Assembly: GCA_963737655.1 (NCBI GenBank)
Contig: CAVTTN010000002.1
Coordinates: 6,720,001 to 6,784,000 of the forward strand
Direction: 5' to 3'
DNA: 64,000 bases
Origin: an uncultured Planctomycetota bacterium
GTDB lineage: Bacteria > Planctomycetota > Planctomycetia > Isosphaerales > Isosphaeraceae
Within the stretch, counting starts at the first letter, position 1. Every line of letters begins with the position of its first letter. This document shows positions 23,102 through 34,300 of this stretch, piece after piece. Below the pieces are notes generated by a model. The model did not search any database. It was not told the origin of the DNA and was given only the letters and a program-made list of their open reading frames with translations. Both the position numbers and the translations under genes were made by a program.

Positions 23102-24624
23102 AAAAACTAGGGTGGCAAAGTTTCCTTGATCAAGGCATCTTCAAGTTCCCGGAGATACACGGCCGGGTCGCGGCGGAACCGCCGGCCCTGTGCCCGCACC
23201 TCCTGGCGCCGCTCCAATCTGGCGAGAAGCTTTCGCCAGGCCTCCAGGTCCGACGGCATCAGGTCCTCGCCTCGAACTTCCCCCCGCAGCCGCGTCGCCA
23301 CCGCCGCCGGAAGCCGCACCGACCCGCGCACCACAAGCCCAGGCGACGCGACCTTCCGGCCGCTGCACCGCCGCTCGTGATACCGGTGCGAGCCGAACGA
23401 CTGCTCCAGGTCGTTGTCCGTCCGCGGCAGGTCCGCCACGTCGTAGCAGTGGAACAACCCCGGCCAATCGCTCCGCGTCACCTTCCGGAAGTGCCCCGGC
23501 GCCCCGCTCAGATCCCCGGCATGCCCGGCGTTCCGTGCCATCGCGCCCAGCGAGCCCCTGCAGCGCGCCCTCACCGCCGCACCGGTAAGCCCGGCCACGT
23601 TCGCCGGGATCGCCGCGGCCCGGAACACCCAGTCGTAGGCCGCCTCCACCGGCGCCCGCAAGGCCGCCGTCGCCTCCAGGCCACCGGAGAGCAACGACCG
23701 TAACCGTCTCAGGTCGGGCGGGATCCCCCTTTTTCCTCGACCCGGTCGAGGCTCTCCACCACCGCTTTGAGCCGCCCCTTGAGCACCAGCCCCGGGGCCG
23801 ACAGCGGCGGCCGGCCGTCGTCGGTCAACGCGCTGCGGACCGCGGCGCAATACCCCCGGATCGCTTTCGCCTCCGAGTCGTCACGGCCCTCGGCCTTCCG
23901 CTCGATCGGCCGCACCCCGCGGACCTGCTTCTTCAACTCCTTCTTGGCGTGCCGGTCGGCCTCGTAGATCGGCCTGGCCGCCTCGCGGAGGTAATGGAAG
24001 AGGACCTCGCCACCGAGGCAGTCGCGGATCACCCAGAGGACCTCGTGGCCGACGTCGGGCCGGAGGCCGTCGATGGCCAGGATCACCCTCCCGGCGGCCG
24101 CCGTCACCCGGCGCAGGCGTTCGGTGTCGGCGAGCGACAGGGCGAGCCGCTCGTCGTAGCGGTCGAGCAGGTTGGTGACGGTGCGGAGGCAGAGGGGCAC
24201 GCCGCGCCGGGTCAGCTCGGCATGGATCTCGGGGGCGCTGCGGTGCTGGGCGTGCCGCAAGGTCCCGATCAGGGCGACGACGTCGAGGCCGAACTCGTGC
24301 TCCGGCAGGGCGTAACGGCCCTCCTGCTCGGGGCGGAGCGGGACGGCGCGTCGGGGGCATCGGGGGCCGCGACAGCGGCGGACCTGGAGCCGGAGCCGGA
24401 CCGTGCCGCTCAGGGTTGTGACGGACCGCTGGGTCATGTAGGCGGCCCAGAGCGGCGCGCTGCAGGCGGGGCAGGCCCGCGTCAGTGCGGGAAGCTCGAT
24501 GGTCTGATCGGGTTGAGGGCGGGCACTCCGTCGGGCCATGGCAGCACTCCTTGAAGTCGAATTGGCCCAAGGAGTAACAAATACGGGGATCGCCCATCAA
24601 GGAAACTTTGCCACCCTAGTTTTT
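23102..24624 (-). mobile_element. Insertion sequence with perfect 29-bp terminal inverted repeats and a two-ORF transposase (family uncertain, ISNCY-like)
   Basis: AAAAACTAGGGTGGCAAAGTTTCCTTGAT at 23102-23130 and its exact reverse complement at 24596-24624 flank ORFs 23709..24539 and 23107..23850. Confidence 0.85.
23107..24539 (-). pseudogene. Transposase (orfA/orfB joined by frameshift; probable internal deletion)
   Basis: CPAC zinc finger, ILAIDGLRPDVGHEVLWVIRD, LPRTDNDLEQSFG. Slippery GAAAAAGGGGG run at ~23724-23735. Abrupt GGEVL-FHYLREAA join near 24000 leaves no second catalytic Asp region. Confidence 0.75.
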
Positions 24625-24735
24625 CTCGTTTGCGGTCTAAATCCCGGCCCCGCAACGAGTTTGAGTCGTCCACGATTCCATCAAATCCCCGCTTGGTATC
24701 CGTTGGGATCATTTCCGGTATCCGCCCGGTGTCCG

Positions 24736-25212
24736 TCAACGGCCGCCGCCCGACTCCGCCTTCGCGCTCGACTTGTTCTTCCGCAGGGCGGTCAACGGGT
24801 TGCCGTTACTGTCATAGAGCGTGACCTGGAAGCTGGCCTCCGAGCTGGCGTCGGCGGAGGACAGGGTCACGGTCAGCCCCAGGCTAACGCCGAAGGTGGC
24901 CGGGGCATAGGTTTCATTGACCTGCCCGCCGTCGGTCGAGAAGACGATCGGGGCGCCGGCGCCGGTCACGTCCCCCATCACGGTCGAGAAGCTCCCCAGG
25001 CCCGCATCGCCCAGGAAGTGATCGACCGTCGCCGTGACGACGCCCGCGCCGGCGGGATTGAGCTGGAGGTCGAGATAGCCCGGCGTCCCGGAGATCGACG
25101 AGGTGTCGATGCTCAGGTCATAGACGAAATCGGCCCGGGCCCGGCCCGGGGCCGCGACCAGCAGGAGGGCCAGCACCAGGGCGGGGCCGATCGTCGTGAA
25201 TCGAGGGGTCAT
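24736..25212 (-). pseudogene. Truncated NF038129-like PEP-CTERM family protein (sorting tail missing)
   Basis: ...RARA|DFVYDLSIDTSSISGTPGYLDLQLNP...SFQVTLYDSNGNPL then unrelated residues; no VPEP motif; ends about 110 bp from the IS. Confidence 0.65.
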
Positions 25213-25300
25213 GGGGCACACGTCCTGTTCGGGAGGGGTCACTCAGGGGGATGGGGCGGCCCGAGGAGGGGCCGCCCGACGCGTTTCTCGGGCCGAGGTC

Positions 25301-28300
25301 TCAACCCCAACTGCTCGGGTTGAAGACGCTGCTCGATCCGAAGGCGTTGGTCACGAATGCGGAGTAGATCGTGTTCGCCTTGGAACTGAAGAAGGTCTGA
25401 ATGTCGCCGGCGACGTACCCCGCGCCGTGGAGGACGGCGTACAGGTCCGCCGGATCGACGAGGTTGAAGACGTCCTGGACGGCCGAGCTGACGGAGGTGA
25501 GGTCGTAGCTCAGGCTCTTGAGGATCTGGACGACCTGGCGGGCACTCTGGTTGTAGGCGGACTGGAGGGCGCCCGCCGCCTGGTCCAGGGTGTAGCCGGC
25601 GGACGTCAGGACCCCGACGACGTCCGAGGCCGCCAGGGAGAGGTCGGACTTGAGGGCGGCGGCGACGTCCCCGGCGAGGTATCCGGCCGTCCTGAGCGCC
25701 GAGGCGACCTGCACTTTCGCAACGAGGTACTCGTCCGTGAGGACGCCGGCGATCGTCGAGAGCGTCTGGCCGGCGTCTTGCAGGTCCGCGGCCACCAGGG
25801 CCTCGGTCTGATGGTACAGTTCATCCAGGACGCGACCGATGTCGGAGGCCCCGGCCAGGATGCCCGACTTGATGTCCGAGGTCCATTGCCCGAGGTTGTT
25901 CGTGTAGAAGCTCGAGAAGAGCGAGGTGGCATCGGCCGAGATGGCATCGACGGCCTGCCCGGCCAGCGCGGCGAAGGTGCCCGGGCTGGCGCTCAGGGGC
26001 AGGGTGAGGAGGGAGGGCACGCTCAGCCTGGTGCCCTCGAACGTGAATCCGCCGCCGAGGCCCAGGCTGAAGGAACCCGTGCCGTTGCCGGAGCCGGCGG
26101 ACACGGTGATCGTGCCGCTGAAGCCGGCCTGGAGGTGGATCGACCCCAGGTCCACTTCGACCGGCAGGAAATTCTTGCTGCCGGGGATGTCGATCGGCCC
26201 GACCTCGGCGTCGATCCCGAAGGCGATCGAGGACGTGCCGCCGAAGGCCCAGGACGGCGAGGACGTGTCGAGGCCCACGAGGTTGACATACAGGCCGACC
26301 CCGAGGCTGACCCCGGGGACGAAGACCTGCCCGGCGATGTTGAACCGCTCGGTGGACGGGCCCCAGGCCAGGGTCGTGACGATCGACGTTCCCAGGTCCA
26401 TCCCGAAGAGCGACCCGGAGGCCGTCAGCGACAGCCCCGAGGTGTTGAAGGAGAAGGCGCCGGTGAGATCGACCAGGGAGGAGGACGACGACACCTGGCC
26501 GAGGGTCAGCTCGGCGGACCCGCTCACGGTCGCGGTGCTGGTGGCGACGGACACGGTGCCGTCGAGCCGCCCCAGGCCGACCGGGAGTGCGGCGTCGAGG
26601 CCCATCCGATAGTTGCCGGCGCCCCAGTCGAGCGCGACGTCGAACGCGATGGAGCCGAGATTCCCGGTGCCCAATGTCCCCGTGGCGGAGAGGTCCAGGC
26701 CCTTCGAGTTGACGGACACGGCCCCGCCCGCCGTGATGAGCTTGGAACTCCCCGCCTTCGCGGTGAAGCTCGCCGTGCCGCTGATCCCCGCGCCGGCGTA
26801 GGCCAGGCTGCCGCTGAGATCCAGCTGGGCCGCGGCGCCGGTGCCGAGATTGTAGTCGAAGGCGACGGAGTCCGCGACCGTCGATCCCCAGTTCACGTCC
26901 AGGAAGCCCTGGCCGAGCGTGCCGCCGGCCACCGAGACATTCCCGGTCACGCTCATCAGGGAGCCGTTGATCAGGAGGGTGCCGTTGGCGTCGATCAACG
27001 GGACCGACACGCCCGGGATCCGGCCGAACTGGAAGTCTTCGGAGCCGCCGATGGAGTAGCCCGTCCTGGGGTCGTCCCTCAGGGTGAGGTTGCCGGAGAG
27101 CTCCGCCTGCCCCCCGAACCCCAAAAGATCGATCGTCATCGACGAGATGGCCGCGCTGCTCCAGCTCAGGTCCATCGAGGCGGTCCCGGTGCCGAGGAGT
27201 CCGCCGACCATGCTGGCGGTGCCGACGATGTCCAGCTCGGTCGAGGAGATGGTCACGGTCCCCACCTCGGTGAACAGCGCGTAGGTGCTGCCCTCGTACA
27301 GGACGCTCTCGCCGAAGGTCAGGCCGACGCTGGCGGAGACCACGACCGTCGAGGTACCGGGGTTCAGGATCGCCCCGGACAGCGAGGTGATGTAGAAGCC
27401 GGAGGCGCCGACGGGGATGCCCGGCGACTGCTCGTAGCCCAGCTCGATCTCCTGGAGGACGCCGTTGGAGAAGTCGAGCTCGCCGTTGACGACCAGGCCG
27501 GGTTCCAGCTGGACGCTGCCGCCCGCGTCAATCGTGATCGTCCCGGCGACGTCCCGGTACAGGACGCTCAGGGTCGTGAAATCGACGGCCCCGGGGGAGA
27601 CGGTCACGCTCAGATCCAGCCCATCGACCTGGACCGCGCCGGTCTTCGTGTTGATGGTCAGGCCCGAGTCGGGCAGCGTCACGGTGCCGGAGATCACCGA
27701 GCCCAGGCTGAGCGTGGCCCCACCGGTGACCTGGAGGTAGGAATGGGCCGGGTCGTAGGACACCCCCAACTCGTTGAACGCCAGGGACGTCGGCCCCAGG
27801 GTGATCCCCCCGCTGTGGAGGGTCAGGTTCAGGGTCTGGAGCGACCAGTCCTGGAGGACCAGCCCCGGACTGTTCGGGTCGTCGCCGAAGTCCGCCGCCA
27901 CATGATTGACAATCCCCCCGAGCGTGCTGACGGTCGCCGTCCCGAACAGCGAGAAGTGGGAATGGGGGTCGGTCGCCGTCGCGGCGAGGTAGCTCACGCC
28001 CAGGTCGGTGTCGTCGAGCGTGAGGCCGAAGCGCTGGATTTCCTGGGTGGACTTCACGATCCCGTCGAATTTGGTGAGGTCTCCGCCGGAGATCACGATC
28101 CCGGCGGTCTGATGGAGGACGGTGTCGATGGTGTCCTGGCCGCCGAGATCGACCGCGATTTCAACGCTGTGATCCTTGCTGCTCACGCTGGCGTTGCCCG
28201 CGACGCTGAAGAAGCCGCCGTTAGCCGGCGAGTACTGGAAATCGAGGTTCACGATCTGGATCGACCCCGCGCCGCCCGCCAGTTTGATGTTGGCGGACAC

Positions 28301-31300
28301 GCTGGCATCGAAATGCGTGAGCTGCCCGTTCCTGACCACGATCCCCGGGGTGGGGACGCCGTCCGCCGTGAGGCCGCCGAAGTCGATGTCGAGGTAGACC
28401 CCCGCGCTCCGGATCGGGAGGAAGGCGTTGCCGGTGATGGCGAAGGTGTCGTTACTCGCGGTGTAGACGAGTTGGAGTTGCTCGAAATTGAAAGTCATCC
28501 CGGCCACGGTGAAGCCGGCGATCACGGAGGCATCGAAGTGGTCGAGCTGGCCCGCGACGACCTCGAAGTCGAGGTCGGCATGGAACCCCTGGAGGCCCGG
28601 GATATTCAGGCCACTGTGCCCGGTCACTTCGTAGCTCCCGCCGTTGTCCGTCGCGTAGGCGAGGTTCAGGTTCGGATTGCTGACCGTGACCCCGGCGAGC
28701 ACGACGCTGGCGCCGCAGCCCACGCTGAAGGGCTGGACCACGCCGTTCTGGATCTCCAGGCTGGAACCCGCGATGTCGCTGCCCGAGCCGAGCTGGGCGG
28801 TGATCGTGAGGGTGGCGATCGACGGGGTGGTGAAGGTCGTCGAGCCGGCGATGGCGAAGGTCCCGCCCGCGGCCGTCGTGTAGGCCAGGGTCAAGCCCGA
28901 GGCGGCCACGGACATGCCTCCCAGGACGAAGGGGCCGGAGACCGACGCCCCCAGGGCCGAGAACGAGCCGCCCGAGATCATTAGTCCGGCCGTGGCCACG
29001 TTATTGACCTTGCCGCCCAGGACGACCGGCAGGGACGGGTCGGAGGAGACCGCCGGGTCGGTCAGGGTCGCGGCGCCGGTCACAGTGAAGGTCCCGGCGT
29101 TCGCGGGCGAGAACGCCACCGCCAGGCCCGCCGTGGAGAAGGTGTAGCCGCCCAGGCTCGGGGCGCCCACCGACGCGGTGGCCGTGGCCCCGAACGGCTG
29201 GGGCACGCCGTTCATGAGCTGGAGGCCCGCGCCTGCCGTCCCGAGCGTCAGGGGCAGGTCGGGGAGGCCGGCGAAGCTCGGGAACTTGATGTCGGTCTTC
29301 CCGGAAAGGGTGTAGGTGCCGTTGTTGGCCGGGGCGTAGACGATCTCCAGGGCCGAGGCGTCGAACGACGCACCGTCCAGGGTGAAGGAGCCCGTCATCG
29401 CCGAGTCCAGGGTCACCGTACTGCCCGAGATCACCAGCCCGGCCGTCGGCTGGCCCGCCCCCGGGACCGTCCCGCCCAGGACGGCCGTCAGCGACGGCCC
29501 GCCGGTCAGCGAGGGGTCCGTTACCGTGGTCGTGCCCTTGATGGTGAAGGCCCCCAGGGCCGGATTCGAATCGGTCACGGTCAGGGCCGAGGCGTCGAAC
29601 GCGAGGCCGCCCAGGCTGATCGAGCCGGAGAGGGTCCCTCCGACCTGGGTCAGCACCCCGTTCTGGATGGAGAGCCCGTTCCCGACCGAGGTCGGCAGAG
29701 GGATCGCGAGCGTGAGCGGCCCGGCCGTCAGCAGGGCGTCCCCGCTGATCGTGAACGTCCCGGAGTTCGCGGTCGAATAGCCCAGCGTCAGGCTGGTCCT
29801 GGCGGCGAGGCTCCCCCCGGGTACGGTCAGGCCGGTCAGGGTGCCGGCGACCGTGCCGAGCGACCCGTTGGTGATCACCACGCCGGCGTTGGCGGAGTTC
29901 GTGCCGAACTGGACGGTCGCGCCGGTGAGGTTGGCGACCCCGGAGATCACCGCGGCGCCGAAGATCCGGTAGCTGGCCTGGCCCGTCCCGCCCGGCGGCG
30001 GGGTGACGACGGCCCGGAGGTTCGTCGACGTGAACGTCACGTTCCCGAGGGTGAACGAGGTGAGGGTCGAGTTCGCGCCGAAGACCATCCTCACCCCGCC
30101 CGAGGTGACCACGGTCCCGATGGGGGGCACGGTGGTCGCGGCCGGGGCGTTGGGGTCGGAGAAGACCCGGGGCGAATAGGAGATCGCCCCGTTGGTCGGG
30201 TTGCTGGAGGTCAGGCCGATCTGGAAGGACCCGCCGGCGGCGAGCGAGGCGATCGACCCGGGGATCGCCAGGAGGGGGACGCCGCTCGGCGCCGTCTGGA
30301 CGGTCAGGGCCGTGGTCGTCCCGGCGTTCAGGAGGGTGGCCGACTGGAGGACGGCCGTCGAGGGCAGCCCCGCCAGCAGGACGCGGAACGGGCCCGAGAG
30401 CGGGCCGCTCGTCGTGTTGGTCAGGGTCAGGGTGCCGGTCGTCAGCCGGGTGATCGGATTGCCGTGGAACGGGCCCTGGGCGGCCGAGAGGCCGGTCGTG
30501 AGGTCGGCCGCCACGTCGATCGCGATGGCGCCGGGCGCAGTCGGGACGGTCGCCTTCAGGTATCCCAGCGTCACGACCGGATAGGCCATGCCCGGATGGG
30601 CCAGGCCCGAGGAGGTCTGGAAGACATGGTTGCCGGAGACCGTCACCATCCCGTTCGTCACGGCGATCGTCACCGGCGAGTTGGTGCCGCCCGAGGAGTC
30701 GAATTTGCCGTCGCCCCAGGAGACGGTCGCGCTATAGGCGGCGGGGTCCGTCGAGGCGCCGACGGCGCGGAAGGTCGCCAGGGCCTGGGTCCCGGTGGAT
30801 TGGCCCTGCATGGCCGAGAACGCGCCCGTGAGGCTCACGGTGATCCCGGGGGTCACGTCGAACGCCCCGGTCTTCGCGGCCGTCAGGCTGCCGGCGGAGG
30901 CGGCCAGCGTGTACGACCCGGCGGTCGCCAGGACCAGGTTGGGGAAGGTCGCGACCCCGTTCACGGCGTTGAGCGTGGTCGCGGCGCCCGCCTGTCCGCC
31001 AGAGGGGGTGGCCGTCAGCGCCACGGAGGCCGAGCTGGTGGTCACCAGGTTGCCATACAAGTCCTCCACGTCCACCACGACGGCCGGGTTCAGGGCCTGT
31101 CCCGTCGCGGCGGTCCCCGGGGTCGCGCCGAACACCAGTTTGTTCGCCGTGGTCGGCGCCACCAGGAGGCTGGTCGAGGGAGAATTGGCGAGCCCGGTCG
31201 AGGTCGCCGTGATCCCGTAGTTCCCCGCCGTGTTGAGGATGAGGCCCGAGAACTTGGCGTCGCCACTAGAGGTCATGGCCGTGGGCGTGCCGCCGACGAA

Positions 31301-34300
31301 ATTGCCGGGGCCGTTGAGCGTCAGGCTCACACTGGTCGAACTGGTGGTCAGCTGGTTGCCGAACTGGTCCTCCACAAGCACGTGGATGAGGGGGCTCAGG
31401 GAAATGCCGGCGGTCGCCGTCGCCGGGGCGGTGACGATCGCGAGCTGGCTCGCCCCGGCGGGCGCCTCCTTGAACGAGGACGAGGCCGGCGAGGTCAGAG
31501 AGGCGGTCGAGGCCGTCAGGGTGTAGCTGCCGGCGGTGTCGAGGACGAGGTTCGGGAACGTCACCACGCCCAGGACGGGGGCCGCGACCAGGACGCTCTC
31601 GGGCGTGAACGAGTGGGTCCCGTTGACCGCCAGGGACACCACGTCCGTGCTGGTGGTCACCACGTTGTTGTAGGCGTCCCACAGCGTGACCAGGACCGAG
31701 GAGGAGAGCGGCTGGCCGGCCGTCGTCGTCTTCGTCGGGACCTGCGTGATCCCGAGGGAGGCGACCGTCCCCGGCGAGACGACGACCGACAGGGGCGTCG
31801 CGGTCGTGATGCTGCCGGACCTGGCCGTCGGGGTATAGGTCCCCGCGGTTTGCAGGACCAGGCTGGAGAACGTCGCCACGCCGTTCACCGCATTGACCGT
31901 CGACGTGCCGGCGAGGACGCCGGGGCCGTTGACCGTGAGGGCGACCGACCCCGAGGCGGAGGTGATCAGGTTGCCGTAGGAGTCCTCCAGGCCGACCTGG
32001 ACCGGGGCCAGGGTCGTTCCCGAGGTCGCGCTGGCGGGGCCTCCGGTGAGGACCACGAGGGCGACCGTGGCGTTCGCGCTCACGGTGACCGGGTCGGAGG
32101 TGGCCGAGGCCAGCCCGGTCGAGCTCGCCGTGAACGTGCTGGTGCCGGCCGTCGTGGGGACCAGGTTCGAGAAGGTCGCCACCCCCTTCACGGCCGAGAC
32201 CGTCGTCGGGCCGGCGCCGTCGGCGGACGAGACCGTCACCGAGGCCGTGCTGGTGGTCGCGACGTTGCCATCCTGGTCCTCGACGAGGACCTGGAGCGGG
32301 CCCAGCGTGGCGCCCGCCAGCGCCGGGCCGGGCGTCTGGGACACGGACAGTTGGCTCGCCGCGCCCGCCACCACGTTCACGCCGGTCGTCGTCGAGGCAC
32401 CGTCGGCCGAGGCCAGGAGGGCATAGGTGCCGGCCGCCTGGAAGACCAGGTCGGGGAACGTCGCCACTCCGTTGACGGCCACGGACGTCGTGGTCGTCCC
32501 CCCCACGGAAATCGAGTCGATGAGGTCGGTGGGACCGAATGCAGAATTCGTGTTGTTGGCCCCGAGGAACTCGAGGACTTGGCTCCCTGCGGAGACCGCG
32601 AAGGACCCCGTGGTGTAGCTGGTGAAGGCCGTCCCCGACGGCTTGACCGTGCCGACGATCGCGCCATCGACCTCGACCTCGATCTCCTCCGAGGAACTTA
32701 CGCTCCCGGCGGCCGCCACGGCGAGGAAGCTCAGCGTGTACGTGCCCGAGGCGGGGAAAGAGACCGGCTGGCTCAGCCAGCCCGTGCCCTCGACGAAGGC
32801 GACCTGGGTCCCCTCGGGGGCGTTGACGTGGCTCGGGAAGACGGTGCTGCCGTTGCCGGCGAACCCGGCCCCGCTGACATACACTCCCTGCTGGGTGCTC
32901 TGCGTGCTGAAGCTCCACGGCGATCCGCTCGGGGAGTACATGTAGTGGTTGGTCGCTGCGGCGACCGATGGCGCCTCGAACCCGGGGTCGGCGACCGTCG
33001 CACTGAGGTTGGACGTGGAGGCGTTCGTCCTCTCAGTGATCGAGTCGATGAAGGCGGTGTTGTCGCCGATGCCGTTGGTCCCGAGGAATTCGACGCTGTA
33101 CGTCCCGGCCGGCTCGGCGAAGGCCGGGGTGCTGTAGGACATGTAGGTCGTCCCCGAGGGCGTGATCCTGCCGACCTCCACGCCGTTGACCAAAACGTCG
33201 ATCGACTGCGCCGAGGGCACGTTCTGCCTCTGCGCGGCGAGGACATTGAGGGTATACAGGCCCGGGACGGGGAACGAGAGCGGCTCGCTCAGCCAGCCCG
33301 TGTCCTGGACGAAGGCGACCTGGGTCCCCTCGGGGGCGCCGGGGTTGCCCGAGGTGAAGCCGCTGCCGTTGCTGCTGAGCCCGGCCCCGTCCGACCCGGC
33401 GTGCGTGCTGAAGGTCCACGCCGAGCCGCTCGGCGCGTAGGTGAAGGCGCCGCTCCCGAGCGAGTCGGACTCGAAGCCCGGGTCGAGGATCGGGGCGGTG
33501 ACGTCGGACGCGTTGGGACCCGCTTGCTCGGTGATCGAGTCGATGAGGGTGGTGTGGTCGTCGCCGGAGGGGTTGGTCCCGAGGAACTCGATCGAGTGTT
33601 GTCCGGCGGTCACCGCGAAGGACGGCGTGCTGTGGGGCAGGTAGGAAGTATAGAAAGACGTAAATGTGTCGATCAGTCGGCCATCGACGAGCACCTGGAT
33701 GGTCTGGAAGGTGGACCCGTCGGTGGCCCTGTGGGCGGCGAGGAAGCCCAGGGTATAGTTGCCCGCGGCGGGGAAGTTGAACGTCTGGGTGATCGAGCCG
33801 GTGCCCTGGATGAAGGCGACCTGCCCGCCGTCGGGGGTGGCCGGGTTGCCCGAGGTGTAGGCCGTGCCGTTGGCGTTGATCCCGGCCGCGTTCAACCCCG
33901 AACGCGCGCTGAAGGTCCACGGCGAGCCGGTCGGCTGGTACTGGAAGCCGCCATTGACCGAGGGGGACTCGAACCCGGCGTCGGCGATCTCGGCCGGGAG
34001 GCTGAGGGTCGCCGTGACGGGGAGATTCCCGTCCACATAGTTGCCGTATTGATCGGTGGCATAGATCTTGCCCTCCGAGAAGGGCTGACCCGCCGTGACC
34101 GTCGACGACGGCGTGTAGGTCGATAGGCCCGTCGCCTTGCCCGGGAGGACGAAGAACGACCCCGACGTGACTCCGGGGATGGAAATGCCGGTCCCATTGG
34201 GGGTCGCCGGGGCGCTGTCGTTGGCGTACTGGTCGTCCTGCCCGGCGATCTGGAGCTGGTAGAGCCCCGCGGTTCGGAGTGTGGCGTTGGCGAAATTGCC

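Noticed and set aside
19043..34126. Very long plus-strand ORFs (19043..22321, 25196..28984, 30464..34126)
   Set aside because: Antisense shadows of high-GC minus-strand genes with no recognisable motifs.
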